In this document: positions 1 through 13,070 of the stretch, piece by piece
Layout: every line of letters starts with the position of its first letter
How positions within the stretch are numbered: position 1 is the stretch's first letter
Source: Octopus sinensis
Taxonomy: Eukaryota
Direction: 5' to 3'
DNA: 64,000 bases
Assembly (NCBI RefSeq): GCF_006345805.1
Contig: NC_043009.1
Location: forward strand, 66,650,001-66,714,000
Translations under genes and position numbers: made by a program
Notes under the pieces: model-generated
Told to the model about the DNA's origin: nothing
Seen by the model: only the letters and a program-made list of their open reading frames with translations
Database searches by the model: none

Positions 1-150
1 ATAATGGATATTATCCAAACATCTCATTCCTCGTCTGCCCGTAGGTGTCTCACCAATTGGTCCGGTTTGAAGAATCCAATCCGTCTTGCAATTCTTTCCT
101 GCGACATTCTAAACACGTTCATAATACTGGAGTTGTTGCCTCTCAATGCC
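1..150 (-). mobile_element. RTE-clade LINE remnant (C-terminal ORF2 region, frameshifted)
   Basis: Minus-strand translation across two frame breaks gives IERQQLQYY..VFRMSQERIARRILQTGPIGETPTGRRGMRCLDNI, matching the RTE post-RT pattern QLRW.GHV.RM...R..K.IL...G.RP.GRP..RW.D.I. Confidence 0.65.
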
Positions 151-443
151 ATCGTTGTCCTACGCCCCTGCCCCGCCAGCCTTGCTCTCCTGCTCTCCCA
201 TCAGCAGCTGCCGTTCCGTTCGTTCGTCGTCTCACTCTCGCACGTTCGGTTCCTTCCTCGCCTGCGTCTAGCCGTCGTCGCTGCCGTGTGCCTACACGCT
301 TTTGCTCGCGCAGCCGGGCCCGCGCCGCTTCGACTCGCGCTTCCTGCCCGCCGCCACACGCTGCCCGCCGCCACACACTCTCGCGCACGCTTCGGTAGCT
401 CGCTGACAGACGCTGTTGTTGCTCCGCCAACCGGTTTGCTACC

Positions 444-582
444 AAGAGTTCAAATTCCGCCGAAGTCGATTTTGCTTTTCATCCTTCCGGGGTCGATTAA
501 ATAAGTACAATTTACACTGGGGTCAATATAATCGACTTAATCCGGTCTGTCCTTGTTTGTCCCCTTGTGGGTAGTAAAGAAA
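444..582 (+). mobile_element. SINE family A, 5'-truncated, with type-2 tail
   Basis: B-box GAGTTCAAATTC, body GTCGATTTTGCTTTTCATCCTTCCGGGGTCGATTAAATAAGTAC and tail CTGTCCTTGTTTGTCCCCTTGTGGGTAGTAAAGAAATAGG, shared with about 10 other copies in the window. Confidence 0.85.
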
Positions 583-1014
583 TAGGAACGCCTCTTGCGC
601 TTTCCGCGCTCGCCTGAGAGCCACCCTAATCTCCGAGTTACCCTGTCGAAAAACCTTACTCTACACATCCTGTCTGTCCGTTCGTTTAAAGCGGGAAGAT
701 GTGATTTAATGGCGATTTAGCTAATTCACCATCATTTAGCCAACGTTTCATCGCCTCCTTTCCTTATTTCCTTTATATTTTTTGTTATTCCTTCCTTCAC
801 CTCCAACTCCATATACAGATGTTGTTGTTTCTCTTTTGTTTTCTTTTTTTTCTTTTTCAGTTGTTGTTCTTGTTTTTTTTTGACACTTTTTTTCCACATT
901 TTTTTGGTTCATATTCCCATCTCAAGAAGTTGCTATCCATTTAGTTTCTCTACTTAATTTCAATTATCATGTCAATAAAACCAACACCAGCACCACCGAC
1001 ACCACCACGCACTA

Positions 1015-1029
1015 GTAGAAGAAGTAGTA

Positions 1030-1111
<82 letters not shown>

Positions 1112-1280
1112 TTCTTGTCAATTTTTAATGTTAACTCTTTCCTTGTCGTTCTAAACTTTTTAATCTCTCCTTCTCCCTCCTCTCTCTCTCTCTCTCCGTC
1201 TCTCTTTCTTTCTCTCCCTCTCCCTCCCTTTCTTTCTTTCTCCCTCTCTCTCTTTCTTTCTCTCTTTCTCTCTTTCTGTC
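1015..1280. repeat. (TAG)n tract followed by (CT)n/(CTTT)n polypyrimidine tract
   Basis: Near-perfect AGT repeats at about 1024-1108; CT-rich tract at about 1150-1280. Confidence 0.95.
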
Positions 1281-1420
1281 GCTCTTGCACGCTCTTCATA
1301 GTCTTTCGCTCTCTATACCTCAAATCCAATTCCTGTCTGTGTGTCCCATCCTATGTCCATTACTTCTCCCCGGCCACCCATCCACCCCTACCGAACTTGT
1401 GTGTGTCCACGTGCGTGTGC

Positions 1421-1458
<38 letters not shown>

Positions 1459-1614
1459 AATTCTTTATTGACGTCACAGGATCAAACATCAATAAATCAA
1501 AAGACAGTGTGTTGAAAACGTTGCACTAGCGTCTTGGTTTGACAATCAGGTCGATCGCGAGGAGACGGGGGGGGGGTGACTAGAAGGCGTCGGTGGGTAT
1601 GTGTGAGGCATATG

Positions 1615-1830
1615 ACGCGGTGATGGTGGAGTCAGGGACACGAATGATGATGGTGATGGCGATTATCAGGCTGAATATGGTGGCGGTGCTGGCGGTGGTG
1701 GTGGTGGATAATGAGAATGATGATGGTGGTGGTGGTAATGGGGTTGCTGATGGTGATGATGATGATGATGATGATGATTACGATGGCTATAATGATGATG
1801 ATGATGATGATGGCTATGATGATGATGGCT

Positions 1831-1865
<35 letters not shown>

Positions 1866-1992
1866 GAGAAGGAAAAGGAGGAGGAGGAGGAGGAGTAAGA
1901 AGGGAAAACGACGACAATGATGACGATGATGTGAGGATAAAGATTGTGATGGTGATGGGGATAATGATGACGATGATGACGACGATGACATC
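1615..1992. repeat. (GAT)n/(GGT)n/(GAG)n compound trinucleotide microsatellite
   Basis: Directly visible; produces poly-D/M/H ORFs in several frames. Confidence 0.95.
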
Positions 1993-2194
1993 ATTTAAAT
2001 CCTTTATTTATTGTATCCTATAAATGATTAAATCATCGTCGCGGCTGACTTGGCTGTTACGGTTTCTGACATCAACACTTCCCAGTTGTCCAAGGGTATT
2101 TGGGTGGTGAAGCTAGTGAGTTCAATCCTGTTCAGCGCCATCACTGAACAGATGTTTTCCTCATCCTTTTCTTATCTTCTTTTCTTTTTTTTTA

Positions 2195-2421
2195 TACTTG
2201 TTTCTGTCATATGCCAACGGCCATTATGGGGCCATTATGGGGCCCGGCTTGGGGAGCTTTCAGACGAACAAATCGACCCCAGGGCTTAACTTTTTACAGC
2301 CTGGTACTTATTCTATCGGTTTGTTTTGCCGAACCACTAAGTCAGGGGACGAAAACACACCAACACCGATTGTCAAGTGGTAGTGAGGACAAACACAGAC
2401 ACAAAGACACACACACACACG

Positions 2422-2481
<60 letters not shown>

Positions 2482-2628
2482 GCAAGGCTTCTTTCAGTTT
2501 CCGTCTACCAAATCCACTGACATGGCTTTTGTCGGACCGAGACAATAGTAAGGTGCCACGCAGTAGGGTTGAACCCAGAACCGAATGGTTGGGAAGCAAT
2601 CTTCTTACCACACAACCACGCCTGCACC
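2195..2628 (-). mobile_element. SINE family B (tRNA head, CORE-like segment, internal microsatellite)
   Basis: Reverse complement gives head GTGTGGTAAGAAGATTGCTTCCCAACCATTCGGTTCTGGGTTCAACCC, then GTGGCACCTTACTATTGTC and GGATTTGGTAGACGGAAACTGAAAGAAGCC, an internal (TA)n(GT)n, and a conserved tail. Confidence 0.85.
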
Positions 2629-2778
2629 TATGGAATCTAATGCAAAATATTATTGTTGTCGTAGCTATTGTTTAGTGGTAGCTAAACCCTGATTATGGCT
2701 ATGATAAAAGATGTTGTAGACTTCACTATTTCGTGTTCTGTTTCTGACATCGCGTATCTTGGATTACATTATCCAATA

Positions 2779-3168
2779 GACGTGTCTGTGCGGTAAGAAG
2801 CTTGCTTCCCAACCACATGGTTCCGAGTTCTGTCCCACTTGGGCAAATGTCTCGAGTCAACCAAAGCCCAGTCAGTGGATTTGTTAGACGGAAACTGAAA
2901 GAAGCCCGTCATATATATACGTATGTGTGTGCGGGCGCACGTGTGTGCGCGCACACGTGTGTGCGCGTGTGTTTGTCCCCCTACCACAGCTTAACAACCA
3001 GTGTTGCTGTGTTTCGTCCCCATGACTTAGCGGTTCACCAAAGGACACCGATGCAATAAATACCAGGCTTAAAAGACACTAAGTACAGCTGTCGATTCTT
3101 TCGAGTAAAAATTTCCAAAGAGATGCCCCAGCATGGCCACAGTCTAATGAATGAACCAAGTAAAAGAT
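2779..3168 (+). mobile_element. SINE family B
   Basis: GGTAAGAAGCTTGCTTCCCAACCACATGGTTCCGAGTTC...TTGGGCAAATGTCT (CORE-like)...GACGGAAACTGAAAGAAGCCCGTC, internal (TA)(GT)n, tail CCAGCATGGCCACAGTC...CAAGTAAAAG. Confidence 0.88.
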
Positions 3169-3879
3169 ATCCCTTTCACTTTTCGTATGTTTAACGTGCC
3201 AATTAAGGGAGATTTGGCTGCGATTTCTAGCAGGTCACGCCACTCCGTAGGGCATCGCTCACGCATTGATTGTAATTCAGAAGTTACGCAGTGTGTATTG
3301 GCCAAGATGCAAAACTTTGAATGACCGAATATTAATTACTGTAACTCTCTGAAACCAAGCGCAGGAGAGTAGTGTCCAGAACTGTGACTTGGACGAGTGC
3401 TGAGGTCACACAGTTTGGAGCTGGTGTCCTTAAGTAAATTTAGCCTAAACAGCTAATGGTTACGATTGATGTACACTGATGACGGCTAAAATGATGGCTG
3501 GTGGATTTTTATGATGTGATCATCTAACAGTGTTTAGTATTAAAAGCGTGAGTGAAGACTGTCGAAGTCTGATGTGACTGATAAAGAAATTATAATGGAT
3601 TCATGTGATTTATGAAATGATAAAAAACAGTGACTTGGACCGTTAGGACAGAGTTTGGCGAAGAAAACAGATGACCATCGATTGATCAGTTCCTCTGATC
3701 ATGAAATCGAATACAAAACGATCAACATAATTGCCAAAAGACAGAGAAGTACAAAGGATGAAGAAAGCTTAGTTAAGCAAAATAAATGCTTCCCAGGAGA
3801 GTAGCCATGTGCCAATACGGCGACCCAACTCTTGAGAACCGTGAAATCTTTTTGTTTATACATTGGTTTCAGAATTTGC

Positions 3880-4640
3880 CGCAAGGCCAGCAATTCTGGT
3901 GGGTGGAGGGCTAAGTCGATTAAATTGATCCCCATTGTTCAACTGGTACTTATTTTATCGACCCTGGGAAGATGAAAAGCAAAGTCGACCTCGGCGTTAT
4001 TCGAACTCAGAATGTAAGCATTTTGACCGGTGTGCTAACGCTTCTACACACTCACTACCTTTTTTTTTTATATATATATTAAAGCATTTCTTTAAGGCGA
4101 CGAGCTGGCCGAATCGTTAGCACGCCGGGCAAAATGCTTAGCAGTATTTTATCTGTCTTTACGTTCAAATTCCGCCGAGGTCGACTTTCGCTTCATCCTT
4201 TCGGAGTCGATAAATTAAGTGCCACTTGTGTACTGGGGTCGATCAAATCGACTGACCCCTTCTTTTTTCTTTATTGCCCACAAGGGGCTAAACACAGAGG
4301 GGACAAACAAGGACAGACAAAGGGATTAATCGATTACATCGACCCCAGTGCGTAAATGGTCGGCTTTGCCTTTCATCCTTTCGGGATAGATTAAATAAGT
4401 ACCAGTTACGCACTGAGGTCGATATACTCGACTTAACCCGTTTGTCTGTTCTTGTTTGTCCTCTCTGTGTTTAACCCCTTGTGGGTAGTAAAGAAATGGG
4501 TATGTAATTTATCGACCCCAAAAGGATGAAAGGCAAAGTCAACTTCGACGGAATTGGAACTCAGAACGTAACGGCAGACAATATACCGTTAGACATTTTG
4601 TCCGGCGTGCTAACCTTTCTGCCATCTCGCCGCCTTACTG
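3880..4640. mobile_element. Cluster of five SINE A copies/fragments in alternating orientation
   Basis: (-)3880-4045, (+)4096-4258 with A-box TGGCCGAATCGTTAG, (-)4265-4362 tail, (+)4363-4500, (-)4505-4640 with full head. Confidence 0.85.
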
Positions 4641-4889
4641 ATCCCTTACTGATCTCGACTGACCCCTTCCACCAAATTTCAGGACTTGTGCCTGGAACAG
4701 AAAGGATTAAACTATTTCGTTATTCATAAGCAATATCGGTGTCCAGTGTCCTTCAGATTTTCAGAGGATTAGGTATGATTTAACGATTCCGTTACTATTT
4801 CTAGCAGGCCCAGCGACTTAGAATACCTTGTTGGTTCGTCTTTTAGCAAGATGGCTGATCCTGGAAGGTTTTATGTTGAGGGACGTATC

Positions 4890-5322
4890 GTTTTTGGCGA
4901 TGATGACACTGATGAAGCTAATGACGGTCGTGATGACAGCGGCGACGACGACAATAATCCAGATGAGGAGGATGGGGATGGGGGAGGAGGTAGAGGCGGA
5001 TGGGGGAGGCTGGGGATGAGAAGGAGGAAGAGGACGCCGGTAATGATAATATAACGGGGGTGGGAATGAACATGGCGATTGTAGTGATGATAAAAATGTT
5101 AAAAATAGGTGGAGCTAGTGCTAGTATTTTTGGCATTAGAGGTAGTAGTGGTGGGGAGGGGGATTAGAGATGGTTTGGTGGTAGTGGCATTGGCGATGGT
5201 GGTGGTTTGGAGGTAGTGGCGGTTGTGGAGTTTAGAGTGGCGGCGAGGGCGGCGGCGGCGGCAATGACGTTGGTCGTTGTCATCGTCTTTGCGGTCGTGA
5301 TGATGATGATGATGATGATGAC

Positions 5323-5370
<48 letters not shown>

Positions 5371-5480
5371 GATGATGATGGTGATGATGATCATGATGAT
5401 GATCATGATGATGATCATGACGACGGTGATGATGATGATGATCATCATCATCATGATGGCGGTGGTGGTGGTGATAGTGG
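4890..5480. repeat. (GAT)n/(GGT)n/(GGC)n low-complexity tract
   Basis: Directly visible trinucleotide repeats. Confidence 0.9.
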
Positions 5481-5799
5481 TGTGTGGCGGAATATTGGGG
5501 GGGAGTCGATGGGAGTCAAGTGCAAGACGTTTGGTTTCATGAAGAGGAAGCGTGGAAAAGGAACGAGGGAGAGGATGGGGGTGGGCGGAGGGCGCGATAG
5601 ATAAACGGGGAGGGGGGAGGGGCAGTGACAGGAGGAAATGAAATTAATAAAAATTGATGATCAAAAATAGCAATCTTGCTTATTACGGCTGAAGTGGTCA
5701 ACCAATATGGAGAGGATACGTGAGTGTGGGGGTGTATGTGGGGGGCGTCGGTCTGGATGCCTGACTGCTTTGTAGAAAGGTGGCGATGGATGTGTAAGA

Positions 5800-6038
5800 G
5801 TAGGTGTTTATGTGTGTTTGTGTGTTTGTGTGTGTATGTTTGTGTGTGTGTGTGTTTGTGTGTGTTTGTGTGTGTGTGTCTTAGTGCAGCTGTATATACA
5901 TACACACACATACATATATATATATAAACATTTATATATATATGCATGTATGTGTGTGTAAGTGAATTTACATATATTTGTATGGAAATATATTTATACA
6001 TACAAAGGTATATATGGATGTACCTGCATATATATAAG

Positions 6039-6100
<62 letters not shown>

Positions 6101-6278
6101 AGCATAAACATATATATGTACAGATTGATAGATACAGGTATACGTGTGTGTATATGTGTGTGTGTGATATTAAATCAGTTGTGTATATATATGTATGTAT
6201 GCATGTTTGCACACACGCACATACACACACAAACACTCATTCACTCTCTTTTTCCTTTTCTCTCTCTCTCTCTCTCGC

Positions 6279-6314
<36 letters not shown>

Positions 6315-6429
6315 GATTTACAAACACTAATTTGAGATGGATATGTGTATGTGGACGTATGTATATACGCTAAGTGTCATTTAGGTGCTTATGTGGATTC
6401 ATCTATGCGGCGTATGTAGGTAAATGAGA

Positions 6430-6474
<45 letters not shown>

Positions 6475-6693
6475 TGTGTGTGTGTGTGTTTGTGTGTGTG
6501 TGGATGCGTCGCCTGACTGATGATATCAAGTTAATTATGATACTGTATTATACGTCTGTTTGTATATATATATACATACATACATATATGCATACATATG
6601 CACACATATATATATACATGTATATATATATATATATATATACTTATGTATATACTTATATACACATAAAATATATATAGACACGCACGCACA

Positions 6694-6770
<77 letters not shown>

Positions 6771-6947
6771 GTTCTGTCCCTCTGTTTATTTGTTTACATA
6801 TACGCATGTTTATATGTATGAAGGGACACTTCCGAATTCGTTAATATGTATGCATCTATGTAATTATCTATATACTTGTTTATTGCGTATGTATACACAT
6901 ACGTATGTATATACGTATGCAGACATGTGTGTATGCACACATGAACG

Positions 6948-6981
<34 letters not shown>

Positions 6982-7632
6982 TGTATGTATGTATGTATGT
7001 ATGTATATATGTATGTATGTATGTATATATGTATGTATTATCTGTTCAAGATGTCTGTCTCGCAGAATCTTTTTGTATGTATATGCGTTCATCCCTCCCT
7101 CTCACTTCTCTGTCTTTCTCTCCTTCCCACCTCTCTCTTTCTCTCTCTCTCTTTCCCTCCTTCGCATGCACTATCCCTGTACAATCTATGTTCGAGTTTC
7201 TCTTTGCTACAACCGCCACCGCAACCATCACCGCTGGACCGACACTCAAAAACTATCACCCACACTACCACAGATATCATTACCCCGACACCGTCTCAAC
7301 CACAAAATACTACCACCAACACTCACAAAGAGATCCTTACTGCCACCACCACAGCTTAACCCCAACACACTGCCGCCACCGCCACCGCCACCACCACCAC
7401 CACCACCACCACTACAGCCAGCACCGCGAGATCACAGAAAAACCACTTACACACCTCCGCCCTCCACAACACCACCATAATACCAGCACCGGAGCCTACA
7501 TCAGTCACTGCACTAACACCAGAACAACACTTCAGTCTCCACTAAAACCATCACCACTACAACAGCTACAACAATAACAGCCTCACGAAAGCACCACTGA
7601 CAATACCAACACCTGCACAAACATAATTAACT

Positions 7633-7698
<66 letters not shown>

Positions 7699-7923
7699 TT
7701 GGTGGTGGTAGTGGAGGTGGTGGTAGTGGTGGTGGTGGTGAGGCTGCTGAAGTTGTTAAATGCTTAATACTACTTAATAGGAATAGCGGGAAATTAATCC
7801 GCGGAAACTGGGATATGTACTTGATTTATAAATTAAAAGTGAATATCATCCAACACATATGTCTACATACATAGGAATACATACAAATATACATACATTA
7901 CATATATATATACATGTATAAAC

Positions 7924-7970
<47 letters not shown>

Positions 7971-8543
7971 ATATATATATAATATATATTATATATATGT
8001 ATATATACATATACATATATATATACACACACACACACGTACAGATATGTATTTCGACCGTTATATCTGTATCTATATTTGTATTTATGTACACATATAT
8101 CTGTATACTCATACATATATATATATGTGTGTGTGTATATATATATGTATGTATATATATATATATATGTGTATGTATGTATATAGGTATATATGTATAT
8201 GTATATATGCACACATATATGTATATACATGTAGACAAGCTGCACACACGAAAACTCACACATACATACATACATACATACATACATCCCCCCCATATAT
8301 ATATATAGAAATAGGCGTATGTGTGTGTGTGTGTATTTAAAACAACAGATGTATAAATGTGGCGTATGTGTATCAATATACACGTCTGTATTTATGTAAA
8401 TGACATTTCTATACATCTGACTATTTTGTAAGACGTAAAGGATGTCGAATACTTAGGTTTATTTAATTATATTAGCATATCAATACATATACATACATAC
8501 ATCCACACACTCACACACACATATATATATATATGCTTATATA

Positions 8544-8584
<41 letters not shown>

Positions 8585-9027
8585 ATATATATATATATAT
8601 ATGCATGCATATATGTGTATGATGTGTGAAAGAATGAATGAATGTGTGTGTGTTTGTGTGTGTGTGTGTGTGGTGAAGTGAGGGCGGCGGATTTTCAATC
8701 ATGTGACAAAGAACTTTAATTATACGACGGTTTTGTCACGTCATACAGATAGCGGACCAGCCACACAGCCAGCCACCTCTCCTACCGTTCAAGCACTTCC
8801 TACATCAAACACGAACCGCCAACACAATCCTCAGACGCACACCTACACTTATTCATGAATACATATATACGTGAGTGTGCGTGTGTGTGTGTGCGTATGT
8901 GTTTGTGTGTGTGCGTGAGTGTGTGTGTGTATGTGTGTGCACTTATACAAATACACGTATCTTCGCATATACAAACTGATAATATATACAATATACACGG
9001 TCACAGGTACGCAATACACGCGAACAC

Positions 9028-9076
<49 letters not shown>

Positions 9077-9172
9077 TGTGTGTGTGTGTGTGCGTGTGTG
9101 TGCGTGTGTATCAACAGAGAAGGAAAGAGAGAAAGAGATACGTATACATATGCACAAATATGCATATATGCA

Positions 9173-9237
<65 letters not shown>

Positions 9238-9408
9238 CCGTATGTATTTATATAGATATATATACATACAGACATATGTATATGTATATATACATACAAA
9301 CACATACATATATTATATATACACATAAGGAAATATTAACATATATATATATATGTATATATGCATATATATGTATATATGTATATATGTATATATATAT
9401 ATATGTAC

Positions 9409-9441
<33 letters not shown>

Positions 9442-9836
9442 TATACATATATTTATATATATATACACATATATATACATACATGCATACATACATTCAG
9501 ACATACAACTCAACGCACATATATAGATACAAACATACGTTCGCATAATTTCATCTCAGGTAAAAAAAAAAAACCTTTCTCCACCAGGCGGCCAATATCA
9601 CACCCAGCGACACCAACACATCAATACGAGCCGATACTAATAACTATGGTCACCGCCGCCCCTTTCAGCGCAGACACCGCCATTATACACACAAACCTCA
9701 CACTGACAAATACACATAGAAATGTCTGTTTGTGCGTATGCATATCTATATAAGCATGTAGTGTGTTCTGTGTGTATATATACATATGTATATATATATA
9801 TATATATATATGTAATTATGTATGTATGTATGTATG

Positions 9837-9871
<35 letters not shown>

Positions 9872-9877
9872 CTTATG

Positions 9878-9959
<82 letters not shown>

Positions 9960-10021
9960 CATTATATATATATATATATACATAAGTATATATATATATA
10001 TATATATAATATATATATACC

Positions 10022-10083
<62 letters not shown>

Positions 10084-10150
10084 ATATATATACATATATA
10101 TATGACACACACACATACACACACAACGCACAAATACATACATACACACA
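5800..10150. repeat. Large compound microsatellite field (CA, TA, ATGT, CAC, TAG)
   Basis: About 4 kb dominated by di-, tri- and tetranucleotide repeats with short unique spacers. Confidence 0.9.
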
Positions 10151-10199
10151 TATTCAAATTAATCACAAGTGGAAAAACCTTTCCTAACCAAACTCCGGT

Positions 10200-11760
10200 T
10201 CCTCAATTTTACTCCACGCCGCCATTTCCCCTTTCATATGCAATCACCCCCACCCCCGTCCCAAATTCTTCCACAACTGCCAGAGCCTCTGCACCGCCAC
10301 CATTCTCAGTGACACCAACAACGCCATCATCACGAGACATTCCCGGCTGACGTCACCAACGGCACCAACGGCGGGCCTCCCCGCCGCCGTCGTCACCACA
10401 ACACCGACCACACCAATTCGCCATCGCAACCACCAGGACATGAATGACAGCATCATTTCTGAATCAATTTATTACGATTTCTATCATTGCCATCGAAACA
10501 ACACAGCACCACCATCGGCTCCTCCCCACCGCCACCATGCAGCCCCACCATCACACACACACCATGGCCCAGACTTTATCTCGTCTACGTTATCACATCG
10601 CCACATACTGCGACCCTGCGCCCCCACACTGTTCCGCCACCACACCGCAAATTCCACAATTCTCACCCGCGTCATACCATCATCCACCTACCCCAGGACG
10701 GCATTACAGCCACCCTACGCCATCGGGCCATTGCCAAATACCACCTAAACAAAACACAACCACCTCCTCTACCATTACAACCACCATCGATAAACATCAA
10801 TACCACCATACTTACCATATGACGCAGCTAAACTGCGTGCAGCCAAGAGTAGCCCTTCAATGTGCCGCCGCCCGAGCCCTCAAGCCTATAGAAACTTTAC
10901 AGCAAACCCAAAATTGTGGTCTCCGTAAAAGCGACTCCCGGGACTCCCCATAGAAGTGACGCTCGCCTGCTTATCTTCCCAGATATGCTAATGTGCCACG
11001 ACTTGCTCACATACCCATCGTGCCATCATCAAATAACTACACCACCACCACCACCACAATCATGACCCCACCACGCAGGACCCCACACACACTCACACAC
11101 GGAGCATCATTCTACTCCAAGCATACCACCGCCTTCACAACCACCTCCTCCACCACCACCACCACCACCACCATCTCTATACATTACTCACTGTAACCAC
11201 CACCACCACCATCACTATAAAACCGAAATATAATCACATCACAGTACGGCCACCACTCGGCCGTCACCCACACCGCTAGAGTTTGAACATCGCACCACCC
11301 GCTCTGCAACCATCACCCCTGCACACTATCGATAGCAATGTTACACTAAGTGCCTCACAACAAACCCCCATGGCCATCACCACCACCGCCCTCATTCTCT
11401 CGCCGCCACCACCGCCACCACCACCGTTATTACCACCAGCGATGTAACGACCCTCACCACCGACACCAACACCACCTCCACCTCCATGACTACTACCACG
11501 TTATCGCATCTATCACTAACACCACCACCCTAACCGACACCACCTCTTCTACCATCACAGCCTCCATCGCCTCCACCACCACCACCAACAACAACAACAA
11601 CACTACCACCGCAACCGCATCAACATCCGTCACTAACCATACCACCATCATCATCACTACCACCTGTACTCCCATCACTACCACCACCAATAGCACCACC
11701 GACAAACCGCCGCCCCTACCACGACCTTCCACATCGATCATATGTCTATTAATTCTTATT
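10200..11760. repeat. Degenerate (CAC/ACC)n C-rich low-complexity region
   Basis: Strong C/A strand bias with recurrent ACCACC; all frames give T/H/P-rich peptides without a domain. Confidence 0.75.
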
Positions 11761-12059
11761 TACTGTCAAACAGTAAAAAGGAGGGAAAAAATACAATAGA
11801 AACCAGATGACAGCCATAATTGATCATATTAATTGAACAGACACCCCCTCCTCCACCCCCATCCCTTCAGTCTTTCCTCCTCCCCCTTCTCCCACTTCTC
11901 TTATACATGCAACCACCCTCTCTCTCTCTCACTCTCTCACTCTCTCTCTCTCCCTCTCTCCCTCTCTCCCTCTCTCAGTCCCACTCTCTTTTCCTCGTCC
12001 TTGGTGTCCTTTATTTGGTGGTATTGTTGTTTGTTTTGTTGTTGTTGCCGTTGTTTAGC

Positions 12060-13070
12060 CCCAGGTCAGCCCTGATTGAAGAGGCCTGTCATCGTGTGTT
12101 TCCCAGTCCTGACCAGAATATCATTTCAAGGGTATCCAATATCTCCACCTCACCCTCTCCTTCTCGAAGACAGCAGAAATTCATCTGAGATTTCTAACAG
12201 ATCAAGCGACTCCACACAGATTCCGTTGTCGCTTCTTTGCGTTGCTCGTAGACTTTAGATTCTTATTGTTGGTCTCAACGAAACTTTGGGTTACTTCAGT
12301 ATCACTATATCTTAAGTTCTGTCCCTGGGGTACTTCCTTGTCGTTATGTAGAGGTTTATATGCTGCTATGATAGAGTAGGGCCATGCTGGACAGATGCAA
12401 GTATACCAGAAGGGTTTATTAGTAGCAGCCAGACCAAAGGTATTCCACTCTCAAGACCTCAACGATGGAACAGGTGGACGAAGGTATCACACTCAATAGT
12501 TGTGAAGTTTGTTTATTCCTTCTCGAGTCATGCCTGGTTCATAAGGGCCGATTTCCCTACTTCCTTGGTGTATAGGTTCCCCACCTGGACAGGACGCCGG
12601 CCCGTCGCAAGTGAGCTGCAAGATGCAAGAGGAAAGAGTGAGAGAAAGTTGTGACGAAAGAGTCAGCAGAAGTTCGCCATTACCTCCTGCCGGAGCCCGT
12701 GAAGCGTAGGTATTTCGCTCATAAACACACAAATCGTCCGGTCTGAGATTCGAACTCGTGGTCCCGCGACCGCGAGTCCGCTGCTCTAACCACTAGGCCA
12801 TGTGCTTCCACAATAGTTGTGAAGGCGGATGAAGATTGCGGAAGATTTCACAATTCCAGGGAGGGGGTTCAGTGTAATTTTGTTAAGGTCGGTTGTCCTC
12901 GGGATCAAAGATATTCAAGCCTTGTCCATCCCATCGCATTTTAGTTTATACAACATTGAAGACTAAATAACACAGCGTCTGTTTGCTATTAGAAACAGGG
13001 TGTCGTTCTGTAGAAGAGAACGTATTGGCAGAGTCGTTAGAGTCTTCAAAACTACCGTGTAGCATGTGAT
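12060..13070 (-). mobile_element. Highly decayed LINE remnant (possibly RTE ORF2 3' part), interrupted by SINE C
   Basis: Minus-strand fragments VPQGQNLRYSDT and FVETNNKNLKSTSNAKKRQR resemble RTE C-terminal G..KLRYKD / F E..R....KR..RK; many stops. Confidence 0.35.
12508..12810 (-). mobile_element. SINE family C, full-length with 14-bp TSD
   Basis: Minus head GTGGAAGCACATGGCCTAGTGGTTAGAGCAGCGGACTCGCGGTCGCGGGACCACGAGTTCGAATCTC (A and B boxes); exact flanking repeat CAATAGTTGTGAAG at 12494-12507 and 12811-12824. Confidence 0.9.

Noticed and set aside
1593-1994. Poly-Asp/His/Met ORFs (also at 4828-5542, 10102-11799 and 51723-52225)
   Set aside because: Trinucleotide repeats open on both strands; no splice or codon evidence for coding.
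3375-3645. Two GTGACTTGGAC copies 246 bp apart giving a cadherin-like VQVTV(LD) on the minus strand
   Set aside because: Stops lie between the copies, there is no DxNDNxP motif and the spacing is too short for a cadherin repeat.
5537-10147. Many long ORFs ([16 protein letters not shown]) here and throughout the window
   Set aside because: They are stop-free read-throughs of di- and tetranucleotide microsatellites, open in several overlapping frames, with no domain content.
12730-12810. tRNA-like sequence (also the heads at 42495, 20240 and 2580)
   Set aside because: A/B boxes are present but there is no complete cloverleaf, and they continue into SINE bodies with TSD or tails; these are SINE heads, not tRNA genes.
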